Assembly: GCA_964449585.1 (NCBI GenBank)
Contig: CAYUZE010000004.1
Span: 51,063-115,062 of the forward strand
Reading direction: 5' to 3'
DNA length: 64,000 nucleotides
Source of the DNA: an uncultured Gammaproteobacteria bacterium
GTDB lineage: Bacteria > Patescibacteriota > Microgenomatia > UBA10105 > UBA927
Each line of letters starts with the position of its first letter. The stretch's first letter is position 1. Below the pieces are notes generated by a model, which saw only the letters and a list, made by a program, of their open reading frames with translations, was not told the DNA's origin and did no database searches. This document shows, one piece after another, positions 26,784 to 36,779 of this stretch. Both the position numbers and the translations under genes were made by a program.

Positions 26784-28559
26784 ATGCCGAAAAATACGCG
26801 GAATATTGATACCGTCAAATCGCTTGCGAGCATGTGGTTTGCATCGCTTGCGGTGTTCTGCGTATTGATTGTTGCTTCCCGGTATCTCGGAGGATATGAA
26901 CGGGTGATTGCGGGGAAGTTCACCGTCGGAAACCTCTTGGTTGCCGATGTTGTTTTCGGATGTCTGGCATTCTTTTTCCTCTCGGTTACCGCAATATACC
27001 GGATGTTCCTCCGCTACGACATACTTACGGTAACGGAGGGTAACCGTTGGTCGCGTTTTTTTTCATACCCCGCGTTTTTTGCGATTCTGGCGATATTTCC
27101 GCTCTATCTTTTTTTCCGGCTTGTTAACCTACGGGCCTTGCGGGATAGGATTGCAAAAAAAGAATTTACGACGGTAATCTCCGGTATTGCGGGTGGCGTA
27201 CTTACCTTGGGTCTTCTTTCTCCCGTTTGGGCAGTCGGGTATTACGGTATCGGATATGCGGGAATGAATATGTTGGGATATGTTGCGGAGCCGCAGGCGA
27301 TATCGGGCACGGGCTCCATGTATCCGACGTTCCCCAAAGGAGAGGGCAAAGACCCCGTTGCCTTGTCAAAGCAGATCGTCGGAACGCCGGGTATGTTCCG
27401 GTATCCCAACGGATTAGTCATCGCGGGCAACCGTTTTTTTGCCTATACCTTGAATCGCGGCGATATCGTGGTTGCGCAAAATCCCGCAATCGCCGAACGG
27501 ACGAAAGCAATGTATGGGGAAGAGGGAAGCTGGGTGAAGCGTATCATAGGTCTTCCGAAAGACACATTGGAGCTTCGGGGAGGGATCGTATACCGCAACG
27601 GCGAAGCAATCCGCGAGCCGTATACCGCAAGTCCGCAATCGACATTCGGCGAATCATTTCTCGGGGAATGTAAAGAAATCACCGTTCCCGACAACGCGGT
27701 ATTTCTCATGGGAGATAACAGAAAGGGAAGCGGGGATTCACGGGATATCGGATTTGTCGGCATTGACGCCATTCGCTACGTCATACCGTTTGAAAAACAA
27801 AAAGGAATCCTCGATAGCCATTTTCGTGATACCGCCAAAGATTTCGACGCGGGTTCCCGCATAACGGTGGATAAAGATCGCTATGTTTCGTTATTAAATG
27901 AAAAACGAAGGGAGGCGGGGGTAGCCCCCGTTCGGTACAATGCAAAACTTGAGGTTTCGGCAAAACTTCGCGGGAAGACGATTTTGGAGTTTGACGACTT
28001 TTCTTTTGAAGCGACAAGGAGCGGGTACACCATGGCTCGTGCCATGAGTGATGCCGGATATAGCAATGTGCTGTGGGGAGAAGCGCCCGCCCAGGGATAC
28101 TATGAGGCCGAAGAGCTTATCGAAAACCAGTTTCAGTTTCCGCAGTCAAAGAAATTCCTTCTTGATGATGATTTTGATGATATAGGAATTGCGGAAGTGC
28201 AGGGAACAATAAACGGGTGTCCTACGCAGGTGATTGTGCAGCATTTCGGGGGATACGTACCGCCCGCATATACCCGCGAAGTGGTGGATTCGTGGAGTCA
28301 GACACTCCGCGAGCTCAGGGAAATACAGCCCGGATGGAGTCAGCTAAAAGAGGTTTTTTCGATCTATGATGCGCATAAGGACGAAGTCAACCGCATTAAC
28401 GAGATCATCGCGCTGCGAATAAGCCGCATCAGCGGGATAGTTGCCCGCATGAACGAGAATCAGTGGCTCACCGCTGAGCAGAACAGCTATATAGAACAGG
28501 ATACAGCGCTGTACGAAGAGCAGGAGCGGTTAGCGACAAAGTTAAATAGCTACCGGTAA
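26784..28559 (+). CDS. lepB: Signal peptidase I (S26) with a long N-terminal polytopic region and a C-terminal CAP/SCP-like domain
   Basis: About 170 aa of TM helices. S26 boxes GSMYPT (Ser nucleophile), VKRIIGLPKD (Lys general base) and GDNRKGSGDSR. The C-terminal 230 aa align with the CAP-domain protein at 39253 (LLNEKRREAGV..V.YNAKL.. / GYSNVLWGE). Confidence 0.7.
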   Translation: MPKNTRNIDTVKSLASMWFASLAVFCVLIVASRYLGGYERVIAGKFTVGNLLVADVVFGCLAFFFLSVTAIYRMFLRYDILTVTEGNRWSRFFSYPAFFAILAIFPLYLFFRLVNLRALRDRIAKKEFTTVISGIAGGVLTLGLLSPVWAVGYYGIGYAGMNMLGYVAEPQAISGTGSMYPTFPKGEGKDPVALSKQIVGTPGMFRYPNGLVIAGNRFFAYTLNRGDIVVAQNPAIAERTKAMYGEEGSWVKRIIGLPKDTLELRGGIVYRNGEAIREPYTASPQSTFGESFLGECKEITVPDNAVFLMGDNRKGSGDSRDIGFVGIDAIRYVIPFEKQKGILDSHFRDTAKDFDAGSRITVDKDRYVSLLNEKRREAGVAPVRYNAKLEVSAKLRGKTILEFDDFSFEATRSGYTMARAMSDAGYSNVLWGEAPAQGYYEAEELIENQFQFPQSKKFLLDDDFDDIGIAEVQGTINGCPTQVIVQHFGGYVPPAYTREVVDSWSQTLRELREIQPGWSQLKEVFSIYDAHKDEVNRINEIIALRISRISGIVARMNENQWLTAEQNSYIEQDTALYEEQERLATKLNSYR

Positions 28560-28581
28560 CCGTTCACTATATAATAAACTT

Positions 28582-28956
28582 ATGCCGCTATTTCAATTTT
28601 TAGGTGCAGCGCTGGGTGCCGGCGTCGTCATCTCCTTCATCAGTATCGCGTGGCCCAGGATATCCGCGGATCCGCGACCCGAACTCCTCACGAAGGTTCG
28701 GGAAACGGTGGTTGAAACCTCACCCGGCAGAAGTCTTGCCGAAGTGTTGGGAGTAACCGACGAAACCGGGGTTTCCCCCGTGAGTGTTTCCTCGCTTATT
28801 ACTACCGGTACCAATGCCGCCGTCGACATGGTAACACGATCCACGCAAAGAGCGGTGACGGGAAAAATACTTGAAACCCTCGGAACGCAATTTGAAACGC
28901 TTTCGGAGGAAGATAAGGCGTCATTTCGGGCAAAAATATGCGTCCCTGCCGAATAA
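28582..28956 (+). CDS. Hypothetical small membrane-anchored protein (124 aa)
   Basis: N-terminal hydrophobic helix; ORF only. Confidence 0.45.
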   Translation: MPLFQFLGAALGAGVVISFISIAWPRISADPRPELLTKVRETVVETSPGRSLAEVLGVTDETGVSPVSVSSLITTGTNAAVDMVTRSTQRAVTGKILETLGTQFETLSEEDKASFRAKICVPAE

Positions 28957-30078
28957 TCATGATGCCATCCGACGTTTGGGGATCGTAAGATACCATGCGG
29001 TGAAAAACGTGGTGAGCGGGACGGCGAGAATCAGTCCGAAGCTTCCCGAGAGCGTGCGTACGATCTCTTCCATGATCAACTCACTGTTTATTATTGACCA
29101 CAGCGGGTATTTGTTGGGATTGGTTACCAGTACGATAAAAACGGGCAATGATGCGCCCGCATACGCAAGCACCAGGGTGTTGACGAGCGATGCGACATGT
29201 TCTCTTCCTACCCGAAGCCCCGCCGCCATAAGCTGCCACAGGGTAAGTTTCTTATTTGCCCGATGTAATTCGTAGATTGACGCGGTCAGTCCCGTCGTCA
29301 CGTCATCCAACACACCTAATGCGCCGATTAACATGCCGCCTAAAAGAAGACCCCGGAAATTCACGATCGTCGAGATGCCGAGTTTTAGCGAGTATGCGTC
29401 TTCACTCCCCAAACCGGTGAGATTCATCGAATGGACAAAAATAACGGACAGCGCGCCGGTAATAAGCAACGTACAGAATGTGGCAAAAAGCGCCACCGTG
29501 GTCTGTGCGGAAAATCCGTGCGCCAAATACATGGTGACGATCATGATGACGAGACAGCCGACGATACTTATCGTCAACGGATCGCCCCCTGCCAAAATCT
29601 GCGGCACGATCCACCGTGCGATAACGAGAAGGCTGACAAACATGCCCAGTATTGATCCCACGCCTCGCCATCGGCTTAAAAGAATAACCGCCGCGGCAAA
29701 AATAATAAGATACGGAATAAGGGTAGGCAGACGATAGGAGTCAATGATCGTGAAAGCGGGAGTACCGTCGGTTCCGGAGGTATAAAGCAGCACAACCGTA
29801 TCGTTTTTACGGACAAATTTACTTTTGTCGATGGAGAACACGTCTCCGTGATGAATCGTGACCGTGTGATCTTTGAGGTTACCATCGAGGATGGTGACGT
29901 CGACGATCTGATAGGGGAGGGAGATACCGTTATTGGTGCGACTGCCTTCCTCACGTACCCGTTCCACCCGAGCGCGGTATTGTGCCTCGGGAATTCCCGC
30001 GGGTTCCTGCGCCATAACGGGTTGCAGTGGAATGTATGCGGTAAGAAACAAAAGAACGGCAAGCAAGGTGTTTCTCAT
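28957..30078 (-). CDS. YibE/F-family integral membrane protein
   Basis: Signal/TM, a 100-aa extracytoplasmic domain, then 6-7 TM helices with LGVLDDVTTG and VAY.GASLP blocks typical of YibE/F. Confidence 0.55.
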   Translation of the reverse strand: MRNTLLAVLLFLTAYIPLQPVMAQEPAGIPEAQYRARVERVREEGSRTNNGISLPYQIVDVTILDGNLKDHTVTIHHGDVFSIDKSKFVRKNDTVVLLYTSGTDGTPAFTIIDSYRLPTLIPYLIIFAAAVILLSRWRGVGSILGMFVSLLVIARWIVPQILAGGDPLTISIVGCLVIMIVTMYLAHGFSAQTTVALFATFCTLLITGALSVIFVHSMNLTGLGSEDAYSLKLGISTIVNFRGLLLGGMLIGALGVLDDVTTGLTASIYELHRANKKLTLWQLMAAGLRVGREHVASLVNTLVLAYAGASLPVFIVLVTNPNKYPLWSIINSELIMEEIVRTLSGSFGLILAVPLTTFFTAWYLTIPKRRMAS

Positions 30079-30179
30079 AGCGTCATTGTAACAGAGTCAT
30101 TTACCAAACAACTCCCTTGCGGGAGTTGTTTGGATGTATTGCGTAACATGCCGTGCAGGCATCTTGGTTGAAACGTCTT

Positions 30180-30356
30180 TTATACGGTAATGGTATCGTA
30201 ATCCGCTTTTGATACGAATTTGGTAAGATTTCTTCCGTCTGCGGTTTTTGCTTTCAGCGCGTAACGGGTACCGCCATTTACGGTGTATGCTTTCTTTTCG
30301 GTAACCTGGACATTCACTTTCTGGCGGCTCTTTACGTCATAGAATGATGCGTTCAT
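30180..30356 (-). CDS. Small basic protein (59 aa), divergent from the Fur-family regulator across a shared operator
   Basis: Strong AAAGGAGGTGAG RBS; MNASFYDVKSRQKVNVQV... beta-rich; function unknown. Confidence 0.5.
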   Translation of the reverse strand: MNASFYDVKSRQKVNVQVTEKKAYTVNGGTRYALKAKTADGRNLTKFVSKADYDTITV

Positions 30357-30397
30357 ATACTCACCTCCTTTAATTGAGAACTTATAAATGTATATCA

Positions 30398-30418
30398 CTT
30401 GCATTTGACAAATGCAAG
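30398..30418. promoter_or_regulatory. Perfect 10-1-10 palindrome CTTGCATTTG-a-CAAATGCAAG; candidate Fur-family (Zur-like) operator
   Basis: Perfect inverted repeat in the divergent intergenic region between the small ORF and the Fur-family gene. Confidence 0.5.
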
Positions 30419-30439
30419 TTTATTGCATATACTGCCATT

Positions 30440-30871
30440 ATGCTTACGCATGAGAAAACGCATAACTGCAAAGATGAACTGCGAAATGTATCGCTCAAGG
30501 TAACTCCCGCGCGCCTTGCGGTGCTTGATGCATTGGAACAGGCGAAGACACCGTTGGATGTATCGGGGGTCATTGCGCATCTTCGGAAAAAGGGCGTTGA
30601 TGCCGATGCGGTAACCGTGTTTCGGATTCTTAATATGTTTAGCAAAAAAGGACTTATAACTCCCATACAGTTTAATGAGCATAAACTGAGGTACGAACAT
30701 GCCGATAAGCCGCCGCATCATCACTTTATATGCGAAGAATGCGGCAGTGTCACCGACGTCGAGGGCTGTGTCGTCGGGGGCATTGAAAAAAAGATTGAAA
30801 AGACGTTGGGAGCAAAAGTAACCAGACATTCCCTGGAATTTTTCGGTCGTTGCCGGAGGTGCATCGTATGA
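30440..30871 (+). CDS. Fur-family metalloregulator (probably Zur)
   Basis: Winged-helix DNA-binding region, an HHHF.C..CG motif and a C-terminal CxxC; 4-nt overlap with the downstream ZIP transporter. Confidence 0.75.
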   Translation: MLTHEKTHNCKDELRNVSLKVTPARLAVLDALEQAKTPLDVSGVIAHLRKKGVDADAVTVFRILNMFSKKGLITPIQFNEHKLRYEHADKPPHHHFICEECGSVTDVEGCVVGGIEKKIEKTLGAKVTRHSLEFFGRCRRCIV

Positions 30872-31614
30872 CGCAGTGGTATGCAATTGTTTCGGTTATT
30901 GTAGTAAGCCTGATTTCACTTACGGGGGTATCCCTTATTTCCCTCCGGAAAAAGGAACTGAGCGCCCTTATCACGTATGCGTTGGCATTTTCATCAGGGG
31001 TGATGTTGGGGGCAACCTTCTTTGATTTGCTTCCCGAGAGTGTCGAAGTGTTTCCCGAAGGGGCATTTACCTGGGTGCTCGGCGGCTTTGTGGCGTTTTT
31101 TGCGCTCGAAAAACTGCTTTCCTGGCATCACCATGTGGAAGGCAGACACGTGCACGAGGAAAAACCGTTCGCATATCTTACCCTTTTGGGTGATGCCATT
31201 CACAACTTTGTTGATGGTGCGGTGATCGCGGGTGCGTATTTGGTATCCGTTCCTTTGGGAATTACGACCACCGTTGCGGTCATAGCGCATGAAATCCCCC
31301 ATGAGTTGAGTGACTTCATGATTCTTCTGCACGGCGGATTTTCTCGGGCAAAAGCGCTTTTGTATAATTTTCTGTCCGCAACAACCGCTATCTTGGGGGC
31401 CGTCCTTGTACTGTTTCTCTCGGGACAAGTGGAAGTGTTTGAACAATACATGTTGCCGATTGCCGCGGGTAACTTTCTCTATATCGTGGCAAGTGACCTT
31501 ATTCCCGAACTGTTAACCAAACGGAAAGGCATTGAGTCCGTCGTACAACTTGCCCTCATGCTCTTGGGACTTCTTGTGGTTCCCGTGGTCTCCCGCTTCT
31601 TTGGCGCGGCATAA
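30868..31614 (+). CDS. ZIP-family divalent metal (zinc) transporter, ZupT-like
   Basis: 8 TM helices; HNFVDG and HEIPHELSDF metal-binding motifs. Confidence 0.8.
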   Translation: MTQWYAIVSVIVVSLISLTGVSLISLRKKELSALITYALAFSSGVMLGATFFDLLPESVEVFPEGAFTWVLGGFVAFFALEKLLSWHHHVEGRHVHEEKPFAYLTLLGDAIHNFVDGAVIAGAYLVSVPLGITTTVAVIAHEIPHELSDFMILLHGGFSRAKALLYNFLSATTAILGAVLVLFLSGQVEVFEQYMLPIAAGNFLYIVASDLIPELLTKRKGIESVVQLALMLLGLLVVPVVSRFFGAA

Positions 31615-31639
31615 GCCCATGCTACAATAGTGGACACGT

Positions 31640-32646
31640 ATGGACGAAGATATCAGAAAACGCGCCACAGAACTTCTCATTCGTCTTGACATGGACGGGA
31701 TGCGCAAACACATCCGCGAGCTTGAAGCCGAGAGCATGCATGAGAACTTCTGGAAAGATCCCGAATCCGCCGCCGGGAAAATGCAGGAACTGGCTACCCT
31801 CCAAAAGGAACTTGCCGAAACGGAAGATTTTTCCCTGCTTCTCGAGCTGGGCGAAGAAGAGAAACTTAGGGCGGAAATAACCCGTTTGGAATTTGCGTTG
31901 TATCTTTCCGGCCCTTACGACAAAGGGAACGCAATTATCGCGCTTCATTCTGGTCAGGGAGGAACGGAAGCCATGGATTGGACGCAGATGTTGTATCGGA
32001 TGTACACGCGGTATATCGAACGCAAAGGTTGGAAAATGGAAGAGATGGATTATACGGCAGGTGACGAGGCGGGAATAAAAAGTGTCACCATGGAAGTGAC
32101 CGGTAGGTTTGCGTTCGGCTTTTGAAAGCCGAAGCGGGAGTACATCGACTGGTCCGGCAGTCGCCCTTTAATGCGGATAAGCTCAGACAAACCTCCTTTG
32201 CCATGGTGGAAGTACTTCCGATCGTTGACGAGGTAGGGGTTGATATCCGTGAAGAGGATATCGAGTGGGAATTCTATCGTGCGGGGGGAAAAGGCGGACA
32301 GAATGTGAACAAAGTATCGACTGCAGTGCGGCTGAAGCATAAACCGTCGGGCATCATCGTTGCCAGTCAGGCTCAGCGATATCAGGGACAAAATAGGGAA
32401 TTTGCCTTAAAAATGCTTCGGGCGAAATTATGGGAGCTTGAGGAAGCAAAAAGAAGAAGTCAGGATAAAGCATTTCGCGGCGAATACAAAACGCCGGGGT
32501 GGGGGAATCAGATACGTTCCTACGTGTTGCATCCCTACCACATGGTCAAGGATTTGCGTACGGAACACGAAACGTCCGCAACCGACCGGGTGCTTGACGG
32601 AGACATCGAGGATTTCATCCTGGCATACTTGAAAAAAATTTCTTGA
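31640..32646 (+). CDS. prfB: Peptide chain release factor 2 (prfB), reading frame interrupted at a TTTT run (32120-32123); the two ORFs 31640-32125 and 32122-32646 join by a -1 shift
   Basis: SPF tripeptide (VRQSPFNA) and GGQ ([13 protein letters not shown]). The N-terminal part is in frame at the canonical site (CTT GAC, not CTT TGA C). Homology continues ..GRFAFGF|[13 protein letters not shown] across the break. Confidence 0.75.
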
Positions 32647-32663
32647 ACCCGGATAATGGACGT

Positions 32664-33131
32664 ATGAGACATACACCGCAAGAACATCCGCAGGAAAACG
32701 TGCTTCGCTCTCTTGATCAGAAAAATGTTCCCGACGAAATCAGGAATACGAAAAAAGATGCGGTTGTCGTGCTGGTCGTTTATGTCATTTTGATGCTTTT
32801 GGGCATCGGCACCGGATATCTGTTGAGCCAAAAAGGAGCCGGTCCGCTTGCGCCGAAGGGAACCCCCGTTGCGACCGACAAAGTTGTCGGCGTGCAGGAT
32901 GCCTCGACGTTTAAAGATTGCGCAACCGGCAAACTTGAAAAAGACGGGCTTGACGGGGAAGGAACGCACAAGTTGATTCGTGACGGCGGCCCGTCGCAAA
33001 CGGCCTATCTTATTTCTTCGATTGTGGATCTGGATCAATACGTCGGTCTGACCGTCAAAGCATGCGGGCAGACCCTTGCCGCCAAGAAAGTCTCATGGCT
33101 TATGGATGTCGGCAGGCTGGAACTTGAATGA
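32664..33131 (+). CDS. Hypothetical membrane-anchored protein (155 aa)
   Basis: N-terminal TM helix followed by a soluble domain; ORF only. Confidence 0.45.
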   Translation: MRHTPQEHPQENVLRSLDQKNVPDEIRNTKKDAVVVLVVYVILMLLGIGTGYLLSQKGAGPLAPKGTPVATDKVVGVQDASTFKDCATGKLEKDGLDGEGTHKLIRDGGPSQTAYLISSIVDLDQYVGLTVKACGQTLAAKKVSWLMDVGRLELE

Positions 33132-33868
33132 TTAACTTCACCAACGTCTCCAAATATTATCCCGGTAAGGTTCCGGGACTCGTCGATGTAACGGTGGAAA
33201 TACCGGATGGTGAATTCGTGTTTTTAATCGGTCCTTCAGGGAGCGGCAAAACCACATTTTTACGGCTACTCATCCGTGATCTTGTTCCCTCGAGCGGTAC
33301 GATTACCGTGGATAACACGGATATCGCCAAGTTAACGGGCGCAAATTTATATCTGTTGCGCCGCAAGGTAGGCATCGTGTTTCAGGATTTTAAACTGTTG
33401 CTTGACCGGACCGTTTATGAAAACGTGGCGATGGTGCTGGAGATTTTGGGAAAGCCGGAACGTGATATCGAACACGGCGTGATGAACGTGTTGGAACTTG
33501 TGGGACTTGCGGGGAAGCGCAATCTGTTCCCCGTCCAACTTTCCGCGGGAGAAATGCAGCGGACGAGTATCGCGCGCGCTATCGTCGGAGGACCCAAGAT
33601 CCTCCTTGCCGATGAACCGACCGGCAACCTTGATCCCGATACGGCATGGGGGATCATGGATATCCTTTCCGAGATTCACGGTTTGGGTACGACCGTCATT
33701 GTCGCGAGCCACAATGCGGAGATCGTCAACAAAATGCGCAAACGCACACTCACGATCCAGCACGGTCAGGTAGCCCGCGACGAGGCAAAAGGACATTATC
33801 ATTTGGAAAAGCATCAGAAGAGTAGTTCTAAAGGAGGCAAACACGATGCCGCTCACGAGAGAAGTTAA
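33128..33868 (+). CDS. ftsE: Cell division ATP-binding protein FtsE
   Basis: Walker [10 protein letters not shown], signature [14 protein letters not shown], Walker [12 protein letters not shown]. Confidence 0.9.
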   Translation: MINFTNVSKYYPGKVPGLVDVTVEIPDGEFVFLIGPSGSGKTTFLRLLIRDLVPSSGTITVDNTDIAKLTGANLYLLRRKVGIVFQDFKLLLDRTVYENVAMVLEILGKPERDIEHGVMNVLELVGLAGKRNLFPVQLSAGEMQRTSIARAIVGGPKILLADEPTGNLDPDTAWGIMDILSEIHGLGTTVIVASHNAEIVNKMRKRTLTIQHGQVARDEAKGHYHLEKHQKSSSKGGKHDAAHERS

Positions 33869-34739
33869 AACCCATATCAGAAGAAGTCCGTATCAGGCCA
33901 TGGCGGCAACGCTTACCATGTTCCTTACCTTTCTGGTCGGCGGCGTATTTTTTCTGGCGACGATGGCGTCGGTGAGTATCTTAAGTTACTTTGAGGGTAA
34001 GCCGCAGGTAACGGTGTTTTTCACCGCGAAAGCGGGGGAAGCGGAAGCCGAGAAGTTAAAAACCAAACTGGAAGCGACAAACCAGGTTGCCGGCACGCAT
34101 TTCGTTTCGAAAGAGGACGCGCTTGCTATTTACCGGCAACAAAATCAAAACGATCCGCTCCTTTTGGAGATGGTGACTGCCGATATCCTGCCCGCGTCGC
34201 TTGAAGTTTCGGCAAAAGATCCGCAATATCTTTCCCAGATTGCGAGCGTTATCGAAGGTAGCGAGGGCGTGGATGAAGTAGTATTTCAGCGGGATGTGGT
34301 AGATTCGTTACTCTCGTGGACGAATGCCATTCGTCTCGTGGGCGGTGTGTTGGCGCTTCTGCTGGTTGCCGATTCGTTACTTATCATCGGCACCGTGATT
34401 GCGATGAAAATCGCCCTCAAACGTGATGAAATTGAAATACTCACCCTGGTGGGTGCATCGCCCTGGGCAATCCGGGCTCCGTTTGTTGTAGAAGGCGGTT
34501 TGTACGGTCTTTTCGGCGCGGGAGCCGCATCAATTATTTTAAGCGTGCTCATTACCTGGTTCCGGCCGTATCTGTACTCCTTTTTAAATTCCATACCGGC
34601 GATGAAGGAACTGCTTGCAAGTGCCACGGGTACGCCGTTTCTTATCGCGGTTTCCGTATTTGTCGCGGGTAATCTCCTGATAGGGTTTATGCTCGGCGCA
34701 CTGGGAAGTGCGATTTCTATCAGGCGGTATCTGAAATAG
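33846..34739 (+). CDS. ftsX: Cell division permease FtsX
   Basis: N-terminal TM helix, a periplasmic domain, C-terminal 3 TM helices; adjacent to ftsE. Confidence 0.85.
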   Translation: MPLTREVKTHIRRSPYQAMAATLTMFLTFLVGGVFFLATMASVSILSYFEGKPQVTVFFTAKAGEAEAEKLKTKLEATNQVAGTHFVSKEDALAIYRQQNQNDPLLLEMVTADILPASLEVSAKDPQYLSQIASVIEGSEGVDEVVFQRDVVDSLLSWTNAIRLVGGVLALLLVADSLLIIGTVIAMKIALKRDEIEILTLVGASPWAIRAPFVVEGGLYGLFGAGAASIILSVLITWFRPYLYSFLNSIPAMKELLASATGTPFLIAVSVFVAGNLLIGFMLGALGSAISIRRYLK

Positions 34740-34752
34740 ACCATGAGCGCTC

Positions 34753-35886
34753 ATGAAAAAACTGCTTCGCACGGTTATCGTCTTACTGCTGCTTTGTGTT
34801 AGCACCGTTCCGGTGTTTGCGAACGAGGCGATTGACCAGCAGATCAAAGATCTGGAGGCAAAAATCGCGGCCTCAAAGTCCGAACAAAATACGCTATCCA
34901 AGCAGATAACGCTGTTGGATTCCCAGATTAAACTCACCGAGCTGCAGATTGCTTCAACGGAAAAGAAAGTGGCCGTCCTGGAACGGGAAATCGGGGAACT
35001 TGCCGACGAAATTCATCGGCTTGAAGATTTAAAGACGAAACGATTGGAACTTGTGCTGCATCGCATACCCCAGTCGTATAAGCGGACGTCCTCCTCACAA
35101 TTCGGCTGGCTTTTGTTCAGCAAAAACTTTTCGGAACTTCTCACCCGGGCAAAATATATGGTGCAAGTGCAGGAAGAAGATACGACACTGTATAAACAGC
35201 TCCAGCTGACGCAGATGAATTATAACGAGCGGCGTGATATCCGCGAGACAAAGAAAACGGAACAGGAATCATTACGGAAAGAATTGGAACGCCATACCCG
35301 GGATCTTGCCGCGCAAAAGAAACAAAAACAATCACTGTTGGATCAAACAAAAAGCAGCGAAGCGGTGTATCAACGGTTACTTGCGCAGGCATTGGCGGAG
35401 AAACAGGCCGTCGATCGGGCGCTGGTGGATTCCGTTAAAGTCGGTCCGGTGAAAAAAGGCGATCCCATCGCCCTTGTCGGGAACACCGGATACCCAGGGT
35501 GTTCGACGGGCGCGCACCTGCACTTCGAGGTTCGTCAGGGCGGCTCTTGGGTAGATCCGTCTTCGTATCTTTTGAACAAAACCGTCAAAGATGAACAGGG
35601 GGGCGGGGAGTGGACCTTGGGAGGCGGCAGTTGGAATTGGCCGCTTGCGGATACGATTCGGATGACGCAACATTTCGGAAAAACACCCTGGTCATGGCGA
35701 TACAGTTATTCGGGTGGTATACATACGGGGTTTGATATGATCTCAACTTCCAGCGAGGTAATCAGGGCGCCGGCGGACGGCGAGCTGTTCTCTTCTTCAC
35801 AGGCGTGCGGGACGAGCAGTGTCATAAAAATTAAGTATATCGACCACGGAAGCGGCACACTCAGTTTTTATCTTCATGTGCAATAA
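34753..35886 (+). CDS. M23 (LytM-type) peptidase with an N-terminal coiled coil, EnvC/PcsB-like FtsEX partner
   Basis: Signal peptide, a 200-aa coiled coil and an M23 motif GNTGYPGCSTGAHLHFEV. Confidence 0.8.
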   Translation: MKKLLRTVIVLLLLCVSTVPVFANEAIDQQIKDLEAKIAASKSEQNTLSKQITLLDSQIKLTELQIASTEKKVAVLEREIGELADEIHRLEDLKTKRLELVLHRIPQSYKRTSSSQFGWLLFSKNFSELLTRAKYMVQVQEEDTTLYKQLQLTQMNYNERRDIRETKKTEQESLRKELERHTRDLAAQKKQKQSLLDQTKSSEAVYQRLLAQALAEKQAVDRALVDSVKVGPVKKGDPIALVGNTGYPGCSTGAHLHFEVRQGGSWVDPSSYLLNKTVKDEQGGGEWTLGGGSWNWPLADTIRMTQHFGKTPWSWRYSYSGGIHTGFDMISTSSEVIRAPADGELFSSSQACGTSSVIKIKYIDHGSGTLSFYLHVQ

Positions 35887-35930
35887 ATCGTACAGACGGA
35901 ATGATAAGAGACGGTATAGTGTGAACCTGT

Positions 35931-36779
35931 ATGTCCTGCCCGCGGGGTGTTGTGCTCCTTTGTGTGTTTTGCTTCATGCTCGGCAGTTTTCCGCTTCAAA
36001 CGCTAGGTGCCGCCCGGTCCGTCACCATTACTACCGACAGTAGCCGTATTATCGGCGATGAACCGTTCCGGATAACCGCATCGGCATCAGGGTTCATCGA
36101 CGGGGAAACCGTCAGCATGAAAGGGGCATTTTTTTATCCCGGATCATCCAATTATTTCGGCTATACCAAACGAGCCGACGGTTCATGGGTAAAAAATGGG
36201 GATGCGACCAGTGAGCAACCGAAATTCATCATTGGGACGTGGGACGGCGTGCTTTTGCTTCGTGCCGATAGCGCGGACAGCGGCTATCAGGGCGAAGGGG
36301 AGTATCAGATAAAGATTGGATTTTATTACACGACCGGAACGGGAAGCCTCTCGACGGTCAATTGGTCGGCAAATACATTGCCGATAACGGTTACCGAGCC
36401 CGACCCGACCGTCACACCGTCGCCGACGGTTACTCCTTCGGTGTCTCCCACGACTCCCGTTACGCCGTCGGCCACCCGAACGCCGACGCCGTGGGTGACG
36501 ATCCGACCGACCGACCATAGGTTCCCGCTCCGGCATACACCGATACGGTATGGGTCCAGCATGTCTGGTATACTGGGTATACAGGACAAGGTACGTGGCA
36601 GTGAGGCGACCGGAGATGCGACTGTCTTGTCGCAGGTTCGGACCAGGCCACCTGGTACCGTCTATGCGTTTTTGGTTATCGGGGTAGGGGTTGCCCTTAT
36701 CTCCTTTGTTGTTGCCGTCGGCAAGCTGCCCTTATGGAAAAACGTACTGGAACATCAGAAAAAAAACGAGGATTCGTAG
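35931..36779 (+). CDS. Hypothetical secreted protein with a Thr/Pro-rich linker and a C-terminal TM anchor
   Basis: Signal peptide, a TVTPSPTVTPSVSPTTPVTPSATRTPTP low-complexity linker and a C-terminal hydrophobic helix. Confidence 0.5.
   Translation: MSCPRGVVLLCVFCFMLGSFPLQTLGAARSVTITTDSSRIIGDEPFRITASASGFIDGETVSMKGAFFYPGSSNYFGYTKRADGSWVKNGDATSEQPKFIIGTWDGVLLLRADSADSGYQGEGEYQIKIGFYYTTGTGSLSTVNWSANTLPITVTEPDPTVTPSPTVTPSVSPTTPVTPSATRTPTPWVTIRPTDHRFPLRHTPIRYGSSMSGILGIQDKVRGSEATGDATVLSQVRTRPPGTVYAFLVIGVGVALISFVVAVGKLPLWKNVLEHQKKNEDS

Noticed and set aside
31640-31720. Canonical RF2 +1 programmed frameshift site (CUU UGA C) near the prfB N-terminus
   Set aside because: The sequence reads CTT GAC in frame, so this prfB lacks the classical autoregulatory frameshift. 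The observed frame break is elsewhere and is a -1 shift.
32100-32140. UGA recoding (code 25-like UGA=Gly) as the explanation for the in-frame TGA in prfB
   Set aside because: Reading through TGA gives a translation with no RF2 homology, whereas a -1 shift restores homology. Many other genes terminate at TGA with proper lengths.
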